Part shown: positions 44,213 through 57,604 of the stretch, piece after piece
How positions within the stretch are numbered: position 1 is the stretch's first letter
Layout of the letters: the number at the start of each line of letters is the position of its first letter
NCBI GenBank assembly: GCA_039096225.1
Contig: JBBPEB010000029.1
Span: forward strand, 310,001 to 374,000
DNA from: Blastocystis sp. Blastoise
Lineage: Eukaryota; Protista; Bigyra: Opalinata
Direction: 5' to 3'
Length of the DNA stretch: 64,000 bases
Made by a program: the position numbers and the translations under genes
Notes under the pieces: generated by a model
Told to the model about the DNA's origin: nothing
Databases searched by the model: none
The model's input: the letters and a program-made list of their open reading frames with translations, nothing else

Positions 44213-44640
44213 AATATTTGAAAATTAATTGTTATATATATTACTCTTTATGGATTGATATTGTTTTTTTTTTAAATTTTATTTATATAAAACTTACATA
44301 TTCTTTTTATTGCGAATTCATTATATATTTACATAAATAATATACTTATATTTTTTAATTATAAAATTGAGGATACAATATATATTTTTAAATTTTAAAT
44401 TATTCTATATATTTCCTCTGTTATGAATATGTTCTTTGCTTTTATATTATAGTTTTTTTATTAATTAAATACAGTATTCCCATTATTATATAAATATAAT
44501 ATTCCAATCATAATATAAATATATTTTCCAATCATAATAAAAATAACAAAACAATTTTTTTTCAAAAGATGCAACTAGTTTTAAAGCAAAGGAAAAAGTG
44601 TAAAAATAAAAAAATAAATATATATAAGAAAATTATTATT

Positions 44641-45261
44641 TTAATTCTTTTCAGATAATTTCTTGACAAGGAATTGAGAGACACCTGCTTTAGTAGCTTT
44701 CATTCCCTTATCACCCTTATGCCATCCAGCAGGGCAAACTTCACCAAATTTATCAGTATATTGAAGACCTTCAAGAACACGAAGAGTTTCATCAACATTA
44801 CGACCAACACCATTATCATTAATATATACATGACGAAGAACACCCTTATCATCAATTAAGAATAAACCACGGAAAGCTTGAGCATAATCAAGACCAGATT
44901 TATCAGGATTATAAACACCATAAGCCTTCATAACTTCACGATCAACGTCAGAAAGAAGAGGGAAGACAACTTGATTTTCTAAACCACCTTGAGTAGCAGG
45001 AGTAATTTCCCAAGTAAGATGAACATAAGGAGAATCACCAGAAATACCTACGATGTTACAGTTAAGAGCAGTGAATTCATCAATAGCCTTAGAATAAGAA
45101 ATAATTTCAGTAGGACAAACAAAAGTGAAATCCATAGGATAGAAGAGAATACAAGTCCAAGATCCTTTTTGTTCTTCAAGAGACCAAGAATTAACGATAT
45201 CACCTTGTTTAGCACCAGCAAGAGTGAAGGTAGGAGCAGGAGCACGAATAGTAGGAGCCAT
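44641..45261 (-). CDS. Typical 2-Cys peroxiredoxin (AhpC/TSA), intronless
   Basis: FYPMDFTFVCPTEI (peroxidatic Cys), GRNVDETLR, GEVCPAGW (resolving Cys). Confidence 0.97.
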   Translation of the reverse strand: MAPTIRAPAPTFTLAGAKQGDIVNSWSLEEQKGSWTCILFYPMDFTFVCPTEIISYSKAIDEFTALNCNIVGISGDSPYVHLTWEITPATQGGLENQVVFPLLSDVDREVMKAYGVYNPDKSGLDYAQAFRGLFLIDDKGVLRHVYINDNGVGRNVDETLRVLEGLQYTDKFGEVCPAGWHKGDKGMKATKAGVSQFLVKKLSEKN

Positions 45262-45523
45262 TTTATTTAATAAGTTATAAGTGAGTAATAGATTTAATAT
45301 TTCTTTATTGAAAAATAAATAATTTATGAGTTTTATATCAATATCATTTTAGTCACATCGATTTATAAGAAGATTTTGGACAACATATGAAAAAATGCAA
45401 ACATATGATAAAAAAACAATTGCTCCATTATGAAAATGGAATTCCCAGGACTAATTTCGTTCTTAAAGGGAAATTTTCATTTCTTTATAGGATTTCTTTT
45501 TATTAGTGTTTTTTATTCATTTG

Positions 45524-46399
45524 TAGAGTTGGGCGAAGTCCATCAAGTTTCACTTGTACCAAAATTTTCTTTTAAGAGTGACTTTTCTTGTATAATAATA
45601 TCAAAATACTTATTTTTTTAAATTATATATATTTTTTGTATTCTACATACTTATGTTCACACTTCGAACAGGAGAGATTTTAAGTATATATGACAATTAG
45701 ATGCAATTCACTTTATAAGTGATTTATCTTATTTAATTGTAGAGTATGCCACTTTATAAATAGATTTTATGTTCTATTCAGTATTAATAAGGCATTAATA
45801 CAATTATATTTATTCATCATATTCATAATATTTTGTAAATTTAATCTAAAATCTATCATTATGAGTTACAAACTGTCTGTTGTATACAAAAAAGCTGATA
45901 TGATGACATTTAGAAAAGTTGACATGAATAGAGATGCATCGATAATTTATAAAACACAGATATTTTATATAAATAAGAATATACATAAAGGGGCGTACAT
46001 GACCAGATATTCTTATGGATAAAATAATGCAAAAAATATTTGTTTGATTCAACTTTATTACAAAGTTGTAATTGATATATATTTATATAGAGTATAGTGT
46101 CTAGAGTTGAATAGAAGAACCAAATTCTAATTTCCATTTTATTAATTGTAATTATATTTTATACTCGTTCAATATTGCTTTATTTTTCAAAGTTGGTATA
46201 GTTTTAGCATATACATTGATTACCCCATGGTATCTTGACTTAACAATAGCTTGTAATGAAGATTGACAACACACCAAAAAATGGTTTTTTTTTCCCGTGA
46301 AAAAAAGTGAGAAAAACGAGCTACAAATTGGAGCTCCAACCCCAAAAATTGGACCTAGATGGACCTCCATACAAATGGACTTCCATTTGCCCAACTCTA
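45524..46399 (+). mobile_element. hAT-family non-autonomous element (MITE-like), copy 1, 876 bp
   Basis: TIR TAGAGTTGGGC at both ends; 8-bp TSD TTCATTTG at 45516-45523 and 46400-46407. Confidence 0.93.
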
Positions 46400-46802
46400 T
46401 TCATTTGAGAGCATTTTATTTTGTTTTTGATCATTTATTGATGTCAAATAGTGATTTTATAAGTTATAAATGTATTGCTATTATCTTTCTTGATTACATC
46501 TGAATTTATGGAATAAAAATTCTTATGATTTCTACGTTTATTATTTTTCTCTCTTCATATTATTAGTATTTTAGAGTTGAAAGATTATTAAAAATAAGAA
46601 GGCAATATAAGCGTAAGAATGAAAGTATTCTCTTTTTTGCTCTTATGTGTTTATGAGTAAATTTCTTGTTTAATCTGCAATTTCATTATAAATTATTATA
46701 TAATACGATTTCAACTATATTCTCATTTAATGATAATGTAAGATTGCAGTAAAATATATCATTTTATTCAATAATAATTACTAATTATGACAGAATATTA
46801 TT

Positions 46803-47679
46803 TAGAGTTGGGCAAATGGAAGTCCATTTGTATGGAGGTCCATCTAGGTCCAATTTTTGGGGTTGGAGCTCCAATTTGTAGCTCGTTTTTCTCACTTTTT
46901 TTCACGGGAAAAAAAAACCATTTTTTGGTGTGGTTTCAATCTTCAGTACAAGCTATTGTTGAGTCAAGATACCATGGGGTAATCAATGTATATGCTATAG
47001 CTATACCAACTTTGAAAAATAAAGCAATATTGAACGAGTATAAAATATAATTACAATTAGTAAAATGAAAATTAGAATTTGGTTCTTCTATTCAACTCTA
47101 GACACTATAGTCTATATAAATATATATCAATTACAACTTTGTAATAAAGTTGAATCAAACAATTATTTTTTTGCATTATTTTATCCATAAGAATATCTAG
47201 TCATGTACGCCCCTTTATGTATATTCTTATTTATATAAAATATCTGTATTTTATAAACTATCGATTCATCTTTATTCATGTCAACTTTTCTAAATGTCAT
47301 CATATCAGCTTTTTTGTATACAATAGACAGTTTATAACTCATAATGATAGATTTTAGATTAAATTTACAAAATATAATGAATATGATGAATAAATATAAT
47401 TGTATAAATGCCTTATTAATATTGAATAGAACATAAAATCTATTTATAAAGTGGCATACTCTACAATTAAATAAGATAAATCACTTATAAAGTGAATTGC
47501 ATCTAATTGTCATATATACTTAAAATCTCTCCTGTTCGAAGTGTGAACATAAGTATATAGAATACAAAAAATATATATAATTTAAAAAAATAAGTATTTT
47601 GATACTATTATACAAGAAAAGTCACTTTTAAAAGAAAATTTTGATACAAGTGAAACTTGATGGACTTCGCCCAACTCTA
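46803..47679 (-). mobile_element. hAT-family non-autonomous element (MITE-like), copy 2, 877 bp, inverted relative to copy 1
   Basis: Same TIRs; 8-bp TSD ATATTATT at 46795-46802 and 47680-47687; reverse complement of copy 1 along its whole length with scattered substitutions. Confidence 0.93.
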
Positions 47680-48088
47680 ATATTATTCAAGGAAAAAATA
47701 TATGACATTCTTTAATTAATACAGATTCAAAGCATTCTTTGAAAATTAATATAATCATATTTTAAATATATTTTATAAAAAAGTTATATATATTTTTCCA
47801 TATTAAATAACAAAACAACAATTAACGTACTTACTCTTTGAGATTTTCAATAGAAATGATATACTACTATAAAAAAATAAATTCACCATAACAATTAGGA
47901 AATATATAGAATATGATGCAATACGAAATAACAACAAAGAAAAAAAAAGCTATCTATATATATAAGAAAACACATTTTATAAAGAAATATAATGATACAT
48001 AGATAACAAGGAAATTACTAAAACGAAAAGATATAATGATAAAGTTTATATATAGAAGGAGAAGAGAATATTTAGTTTAGCAATTCAT

Positions 48089-51000
48089 TTAAATCATTCC
48101 CTTTTTAACACCAGCCTTAGGTTTAGTGACTTTAGCTAATTTAGGTTTCTTATTTGAACTCTTCTTAGTAACAAGTATAATAATGACAACGATAATGACA
48201 ACAACTAATACAACACCTACAGCAATAAGAACAATTTCTAAAGTAGTTAAAATAGGAGCATCAACAGCAGTAACACTATTATTATCTACACTAAGTTGAA
48301 CCTATAAAATAATAATATATTAATTTATATGAATATGCATTAAAAGAATAAAAGAATAAAAGAATAAAAGAATATTATATATATATATATATATAAAATG
48401 ATAATAATATAATAAAAACAATATATTTATATTAAACACAAAAAAGAAAAAAGAAAAAAAAAAGAAAAAAACATACATTACTAAATCCAGTATCTTTTTG
48501 TTTAAGATAAGTAGCATAAGTACCATCATTAGAAGCAGAAACAATCTTAGTTTGAATAGTTTCTTTCTTATCAACAGGAACATTAATTCTCATGACAACA
48601 TTACTTGTTCCATCATCATAGAAAGCAACAGTACTAGTAACACTTTCAATTACAATATCTTGTAATTGTATACCATCATCAGCTAACAGATCACGTGCTA
48701 CATAACGTATATCATTTTGTCTCTTAAGAGTAAGACTACTAACAGGTAAATTATAAGTAGATATAATTCTTAAATATTGATAACCACGAACAGGTTGTTC
48801 AGTATTACCACCATAAACAACACAATTAGAAGTATCAATATCACCCCAAGTAGGAATATTATTAATTAAAGTACAAAGACGTAAACGAACACCAGCTTGA
48901 CCATTAACACAATTACTATAACCAGTTCTAGTAATAGCAGTTTCAGGGAAATCATCATTAGATTCACATACTTGTTTTTCAACACTAAAAGTTAATGTAT
49001 AAGTAGCACTCTTATAACTATTCATTAAAGTAATAGTATAAGTAGTAGTAGAAGTATAAACAGTAGGAGTACCAGTAATTTTACCATTTTCAGTATTAAA
49101 TACAAGTCCTTCAGGAAGAGTAGGTTCAATAGAAACAGAAGAAACAATACCACTATAAGTAGGATATATTTCAGTAATAGGAGTCATTTGTTTAATAGAT
49201 CCATTATTATTAACATAATTAATATTATAAGGAGCTTTCATACTACAAGAACTAGTAATATCACTCCATACAGGAGGATTTTGAATAAGACAAGTACGTG
49301 ATTGAGAACCATCCCATTTATCAGCATCACCACAAGTAGTAGTTCTAGTTTCACCACGTTCAATAGAAGTAAAGACACCATTAGTAGTACAATAAAGAGA
49401 AGTAATAGTTATATATATAGTAACAGCAGTATTTCTATCAGCATTAGCAAAAGTAATAGTATAAGCAACATTACTTACAGTAACAGAAGGAGTACCAGAA
49501 ATAGCACCAGTAGTAGAACTCATAGTTAATCCAGTAGGAAGAGCAGGAGAAACAGTAACAGAACTAACAATACCAGTAATAGAAGGAGTAGCAGTAGTAA
49601 AAAGAGAATGTTTAATACCAGTAAGAGTAGAAGAACTATAACTAACAGTAGGTGCTTTCATATAACAAGTATTTGTTTGAATAGTAAAGGCAGGAGGATT
49701 CGTTAAAGTACATAAATAAGTTTTAGTACCAGCATATTGATTGGTATCACCACAAGAACCAGTAGCAGTTTGACCAGCAGCAGTTTGAGTTAAACCATCT
49801 TGAGGTTGACAATATAAAGTAGATACAGTTATTTGTAAAGTATAAGTAGCTGATTTATGAGAATTAGAAGCATTAATAGTAAAAACAGTATTACCAATAG
49901 CAACAGTAGGAGTACCAGAAATAGCACCAGTAGTAGAACTAATAGATAATCCATTAGGAAGAGCAGGATTAATAGTCCAAGAAGTAACAGTACCAGAATA
50001 AGTAGGAGTAATAGTAGTAATAGCAAAGTTAGTATTCCAAGTATAAGTAGTACTAGGATAATTAATATTATAAGGAGCTCTTAAAGTACAACCATTAACA
50101 GCAGTAGTCCATTGAGGAGGATTTGAATTACTACAGAATCTAGTTTGAGATCCTTCATAATTCAAAGTATCACTACAAGCCATAGTAGCAGTTTCACCAC
50201 GTTCAGTTTGACTCCAACCATTATCTGCATTACAATATAATATTTGTACAGAAATAGTAACCATAACAGGAGTACTCTTATGAAGATTAGAGAATGTGAA
50301 AGTATAAGAAATAGCAGAAGAAGCAACTAAAGGAATACCAGTAATAGTACCTGAATTAGAAACAATAGATAATCCACTAGGAAGAGTAGGAGTAACAGTA
50401 ACACCAGTAACAATACCATTGAATGTAGGTACAATATTAACAGTATCTCCTTTATATAAGCTTAATACATTATTAGTAAGATACATAATATTAGAAGGAG
50501 CTTTTTGAGTGCATCCATTAACTTCAGTACCCCAAATACTACCTTGTTGACATACTCTAGTCATACTACCTTCATAATTAGTAGTATCTTCACAAGGTTT
50601 AGTAGCAGTTTGACCAACAGTAGTAGCAGCATATCCATTATCAGCTTCACAAACAGATTGTAAGACTTCAATAATAAGATTAACTACAGCATTACTATGA
50701 GTATTAGCAGCTCTTATTTGATAAGTAGTAGCAGCACTAACAAGAGAAGGAGTACCTGTAAGAGCACCAGTAGTAGGATTAAGAAGTAATCCAGTAGGAA
50801 GAGGAGTTATAGCAGTCCAACTAGTAACAATATGAGTATAAGTAGGAGTAACAGTAGTCATAGCCATATTAACACGTAAAGTAAGTTTATTTTCAGTATT
50901 ATATTGAATAGCAGTAGGCATAACCATTTGACAATTATCTACAACAGTTTCCCAAGTAGCAAGATTATTACATAATCTCATCTTATTACCTGTATAATCT

Positions 51001-54000
51001 TCAGTATTATCACAAGGTAATTGAGCATAAGCACCAACTTGAGTATCAGGCCATGTTCCATCAGAAACACAAATACTATTGACAACAGTAATAGTAAATG
51101 TAGCCATACCAGAAGCAGCACTATTACTAGCAGTAACAGAATAAGGAGTAAGAGCAGACATTACAGTAGGGGTACCACTAAGAGTACCAGTAACAGTATC
51201 AAAAAGTAATCCAGTAGGAAGAACAGGAGTAATAGCATAAGAAGTAACTATACCTTGAGTAGTAGGAACAATAGGAGTAACAGGAGTATTCAATAAGAAA
51301 GTATAAGAAGATTGAGAATAAGAAATAACAGGAGCTGATAATACACAATTATCAACAATATCTCCCCAAACAGCATCTATACCATTAGCATTACAAGTAC
51401 GGCTTTGAGTACCAGTATATCCAGTAGCACAATCTAAAACAACAGTTTCACCGACACTCTTAGAAGGCCACATATCAATAGCATCACAAGTAGTACTAGA
51501 AACAGAAATAGTTAATACAATACTTTCAAAAGAAGCACTATTTCTAGCATAAATAGTATAAGCAGCAGGTTCACTAACAACAGAAGGAGTACCAGAAATA
51601 TAACCATTAGTAGCAGTAAGAGTAAGACCAGCAGGTAATTCTGGTTCGACAGTCCAAGAAGTAACGATACCAGTAACAGTAGGAATAAGTGTTTCTATAG
51701 CTGTATTCTTCATATAACTTAAAGTAGTTTGAGGATAAGATAAATCAGTAGGTTTTTTAGGAATACAATTATCAACAATAGGACCCCATTGATTAGCACC
51801 AATACATGTTCTAGTTTGAGAACCAGTATAATTAATAGTATCAGCACAAGGAATAGAAGCAGAAGATCCATTTTCAGTCATTACCCAAGCACCATCTTGT
51901 TGACAATAAACAGTAACAACAGAAATAGTAAGAGTAGTAGTAATAGCATTATTAAAACTATCATAACCAGTAATAGTATAAAGAGTAGAAGTAGCAATAG
52001 ATTGAGCAATACCACTGATCATACCATTTTGAGTATTAAATTCTAAACCAAAAGGAAGAGTAGGAACAATAGTCCAAGTAAGAATAGAACCACCAGAAAC
52101 AAGAGGAGTAATAGTAGCAGAAACTAATTTTGTTAATTCATAAGTAGCAAAAGGATAGTTAATAGTAGTAGTAGGAGCAGGAGTTTCTGTACAGGTACTA
52201 CTAGTTATATTCCAAGAAGCTTTAGGATAAGTAAATGTACAAGTATATATAATAGAACCAGTTCCAGAAGGACAATTTGCAGAATATTGTTCACCTAAAG
52301 CAGCAGAAGGAATAGTACCAGTAAGAGGACAAATTAAATCATTTTCTCTTCCTTCAATAGTAAATACAGAAGAAATAGTAATAGTACTATCTTCAGTATA
52401 AAGCCAATTATTATCATTCTTAATAGCCATTAAAAGATTAGTTTGAGAAGTAGAAGTAATACCATTATAAACTCTACTATCATTATTAAATACAGTTAAA
52501 GCACATATTCTATTTTGCCATTCTAATTCAGTAGGTAAATAAGTAGTATCATCAGTAACACTACCACTTGTTTGCCATTCACTTTGATAAGATAAACCAT
52601 AGACGAAATAAGGAGAAGAAGGAGTACCAATAAATATAAAGAGATTATCACCAGTTGCATCAAAATCAAAAGATGTACCTCTTACTTGTCTCCATTTAGG
52701 ATTCATTTCTATGAAATCAGAAGAAGCAGTATAGACTAATAAAGATCCAGCAGGTAAAGGAGAATCACTAACAGTATAAGCAACCATATTTTCACGAGGT
52801 AATAATTCTTTATTTTGAGTATAACCAGCATCAGATAAGATAATTTGAGCACCAATAGGTAAAGTAACAGTAGTAACTAAACCAATTTTATTAGGTGACA
52901 TAGCCATATATTGAACAAGAGCAACAGCACCTTTTAATATATCGCCGTTACATTGAGACATATCAACAGGTAACCATTTGCCATTCCAACTACATTTACG
53001 AGTTCTAGTACCAGACATAGGAGTAGGACAAGAGAGAGAAACAATAGTATTACTCGTAGTAGCAGGCCATTCTTCATCAGGTTCACAATTACGAGAATCA
53101 TCTACATTACAATAAGCAACACTTATTTCTTCCCATTGACCATTAGCATTACAATAACGAGTACGAACACCACTAACACCAAAACAAGGTAAAGCACGTG
53201 TTTCATGAGCACCAACTTCTATCCATTCACCATCAGTAGCACAATGAATATCTTGAGATTCAGTATTCACAGAATACCAATCATAAGAAGCTATATTTAA
53301 AAATGTACTTTCAGTTGTTTGCCAATTATTTCTATTTGTAATACTATTAAGAAGGTCTGTACGAGTACCAGAAGTTAAACCATAATAACGAGTAGCAGTC
53401 TTAGCAGTAATCCAGAAATATGTATTAGTATCCATCCAAGAAGGTTCAAAACATTTATTACTATCACAAGAAGTAGCACATGATGTATCATAACCTTCGC
53501 CAGTTTTACGTGTATAAATATTAAAAATCCATTTATCAACACTAGTATAAGAACCTGTAAAAATAGTGATTTCATCACCAGATCCAGAAAGATCAAAACT
53601 GCCTTCTTTTGTAAGACTCCAAGGATTCTTTGGTTCATCTTTATTAATATAGATGATTTCACCAGGGTATAAATCTCTAGAAAAAGATTTTTTATATCTA
53701 CCTTCATTTGTTCTAAATTTTTGAGTACCAAGAATAGCATTATCAGTGAATGAAATCTCTACTCCAGCAGGAATTTGATCTAAAACAACAATTTCAAAAG
53801 TATCAGTACCATCAGCATTTCTTTGAGTAACAGCCATACTACCCGGTCTTAAAGTACGAACACAGTTAGTGTAATCAGGAGTAGTCCAAACACCATTTTC
53901 TCCACAGAAACGAGTGATTTCACCTTCTAAGTTTCCAGAGCAAGGAATAGTAGCTGTTTCACCAGCATTAGTTTGAGGGAATCTATAGTTAGCGTTACAA

Positions 54001-54135
54001 AAAAGTGTTTGAGCTCTTCTTGAGTTTTCGTCTAAACAATAAGTAATTAGAAAAATATAGTATTATAAAGTATAGATATGACATACCAAGGGCAAAAGTA
54101 AGATATACTAAAAAGATAATTGCGAAGAATTTCAT
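48089..54135 (-). CDS. Large type-I membrane surface protein (~1,938 aa): signal peptide, two bacterial-like beta domains, 12 Cys-rich HRM-like modules, 8 He_PIG/putative-Ig repeats, TM helix, basic tail
   Basis: Exons 54087-54135 (MKFFAIIFLVYLTFAL), 48477-54031 and 48089-48301 (TM IVLIAVGVVLVVVIIVVIIILV). 8x LP.GL.....TG.ISGTP repeats alternate with C...W..T..G.....C......R.C....W.....C modules. Confidence 0.92.
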
Positions 54136-54417
54136 TTTTTAAGAGTATATCAAAAAAATAATAAATAAAGAAATGAAACGTAAAGAGAGTTCTCAAGTTT
54201 CCTTTCACTGTTCTTGGTTGTGTCATTTGATGGCAACTGTAGCGAAGACACAAAAAACTATGCCCATATCCTATACTATTTCCACGGAGATCTGGATAAT
54301 TAGAATCTCCGAAAAGAATTCAAAAATATATTTTTGATTTTTTTGATTTTTAAAAGGGAAAATTCAAATATTTTGGTGATTATGAATGAATGGAGAATTT
54401 GATTAACGTCGAATTGT

Positions 54418-54430
54418 CCAATCAGATTGG
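54418..54430. promoter_or_regulatory. Palindromic double CCAAT box (CCAATC-A-GATTGG) ~285 bp upstream of the surface-protein ATG
   Basis: Palindrome with a 1-nt centre in an upstream region, with another CCAAT at ~54453; function not demonstrated. Confidence 0.35.
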
Positions 54431-55080
54431 GTTTTTAATTTTCATTTGATGACCAATATAAACCATCGTTTTCGATAATAGTCATATGAACATAAATAAA
54501 ATTCTATTCTTTTTAATTCTTTTTCTATTATTATAAAAATTACGAAAGAAGTCCGCTGTTTCTATTGTTTTCCCACGGAAACAAAAAATCATATTTTTTT
54601 TTTCAGTAAAACCGAAATGAATTCTTTTTTTAATAAAGAGTTTTCATTCGTTTTTTTGAATCTTCTTTGATGTTTGTAGTATTAAGGATAATTTTATTTG
54701 TTGTGGAATACTATTGTAAATATTATAACTCATAAGCAACTTATATGAAGTAGTTGCAAAATTTAACCATTCGCAACGTTAGTGTTAACGTGAGTATGCT
54801 AGAAAGAGACGGGATTATGTTATGAACATTATAAAAAAATATACATTTATATGAAATAATAGAACACATGAACAAAACAAGAAAAAAGAAAAATACTACT
54901 ATTGTTTATCAAAAGAAGTATGAATACTCATTTTTATGAATAGTTTTATATAAATATACATAATAATTAAATTACATTTAGAAAGGAATAAGGAAATAAG
55001 AAACAATCAAATAATTATAGTATAGAAGTATTTAAAAAAAATAAATATAGAGCCGTTCTTTCTGTGTTTTGTAATGTGAA

Positions 55081-55281
55081 TTATAGGAAATAATCAGGTA
55101 TTTTTGTTTGAACATTGAAATTTTCATCTCTTGGAGCAGGATCAAATTGAATAAAATTCGAAGTCATATCTTCTCTGATTTCCATAATAGCAGCTTGATT
55201 ACCACATCTATAACAATAATTAGGAGCACTAAATATAGTAACAATCTTTTTATCATGTCCCCATTGATATCCCTATTGATT

Positions 55282-55342
<61 letters not shown>

Positions 55343-56805
55343 TGGTTAATAATAATAATAATAATATGGTTAATAATAATAATATTTAAATACCTCCATA
55401 ACAAGTTGATGAGCTCTAGAAATAAAACTTAAATTATTTGTGTTACAAAATCTACTAGTAATATCCTATATATAAATAAGAAATAACATATATAAAGAAA
55501 AATATTTAAATATATATATATAATTAATACATATATAATAGTAGACATGATGAAATTAAAGAAAATAAGTGATTTAATAAATAGAATAATAATAATAATA
55601 ATTTATAGAATAACTATAATAATATACTTTACCAAATGTGAAGCCTGCCCCTCTAGCAGAAACTCCAAACCCAATACGTTCATCCGGATCTGACCATACT
55701 AAATCACATATAGCACCTTCATGAGGTACTTCTTGAACACGATCTAAAGAACGAGCTTTATCAAGAGTTTCTACGGAAGGAGATAAACCACCATGAAGAG
55801 AAAAGATCTATATTCATATACAAATAATAATATATATATATATATATTGAGTCAACTAAATATAAATATATTATTATTATTATAGATAACATGATAAATA
55901 ATAAATAATAAATAATAAAAAAAAATATTTATATATAAATAGAATATAACTTAAAATATAGACTAATAATAAAACAAGAATAATATACTCTTTCTTCAAT
56001 AAGGGCGGTCATCGGCATATAATCAAAGAGATCTGTAAACGCCTTCCAAACATCAGCATTACCATATTTACGAACACATTCATCATAAAAACCATATCTA
56101 TATATATTTAATTTTTAAATAGAAGATATTCAAATGATAGCAATAATAAAATAATATTAAAAAAAAAAATGAAAAATAATATATTAAAACAATATAATAA
56201 TAATAAAAAACGAATATATACACTTGTGTAATTTGACGACATTCATGGTTTCCTCTTAATACTGTAACTCTATCAGGATAACGAATCTTTAATGCAATCA
56301 TTAAAGCAGCTGTTTCTACAGAATAATAACCACGATCTACATAATCACCTATATATATATATATCATAATACATATATATTATTACAAACATATATATAA
56401 CTAATAAATAGAACTATGAAAAATTAATAAATAATCACCCATAAATAAATAATTTGTATCTGGAGCATCACCACCAATCTTTAGTAATTCAATAAAATCA
56501 TAAAATTGTCCATGAAGATCACCGCACACAGTTACTGGACAACGAACAGGTTGAACATTACTTTCATTTTTAAAAATCAACTTTGCCTTTATTGTTAATA
56601 CATATAGTTATGATTTATAAATAAATAGAAAACAAGAAGCCAAAATAAAAAATAAAATGGTGTTCATATATACTTGCTCACAAAGTTCAATCAATACAGG
56701 AGCAGGTAATAACTCTCTTTTCTTTAATTTTTCAATCTTAGCATCGAGATCTCCAGAATTAGTTTTTAGCCAATCTACAGTACTTGATGGTTTTACTGCG
56801 GACAT
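55081..56805 (-). CDS. PP2A-C: Serine/threonine protein phosphatase 2A catalytic subunit
   Basis: [38 protein letters not shown] and C-terminal FDPAPR...PDYFL. Confidence 0.95.
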
Positions 56806-57604
56806 CTTTATTAATATAATATAGATATGAGAATATAAAATTGCTTTAGATATACTTAATATTGCTTTTATTTGTCTAAAATAGAATAAAAAAGTATAAA
56901 AGCTCGTTTCAAAAGAATTTGATTCTTCCAAAATCTACCTAAAAATTAACGTTTCCCAGGGTTAAATTAGAAATCTTCCAAGAAAAGAGGAATTTTTTAA
57001 TAAAAATACTTTGTTCTCTATTTTTCTTTACACACTGAAACTGGTTTATTGAATTTTCAGTCAACTTTTGGTAGAAATATACTTTAGAATTCTTAATGCT
57101 TCGTCTGAATTTTGTTGAATACTACCTACCCTTCACGAATAAAATAGATGAATCGAAGAAACACTAATTTTGTTTCAGAGGTAGGTTCTCCTAAAGATTC
57201 ATTTTTAAGAATACTACACTTTTTTCACTTGAAGTTATTTGCTTTAGTATTAACTTTGTCTTATTTTTATTTATTTTTATTAACATTAATAAAGAATGTA
57301 TTGAAGACAAAAATAAAATATAAATGAAACATCATTATAGTTGAAAACAACTCGATAATCGATTTTCATATTGTTAGACTCAATAACACGATTACTATTA
57401 CTCTATTAATAGCTATTACCAAAGAATCATAGCATCAATTCTTTAGAATTCTTAGAATCAAAAGAAATAAAAAAAGTGTAGTTTTTGGTCATTATTTACG
57501 GGACAATGACGTAATAACTGTGAATAAGTTTGTTTTATTAATTTGTTCTTTTATTACTATACATAGTTGTTTTTGGAATTCATGTATAGTTGTAAGATCT
57601 CAAT

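Noticed and set aside
45430-47050. Short ORFs 46152..46394, 46297..46503, 46787..47050 and neighbours
   Set aside because: They lie in the non-coding MITE; the apparent duplication only reflects the two element copies, and there are no transposase motifs
45524-47679. Single foldback/Mutator-like element with 875-bp TIRs
   Set aside because: Outer flanks do not share a TSD, while each arm has its own TIRs and distinct 8-bp TSD
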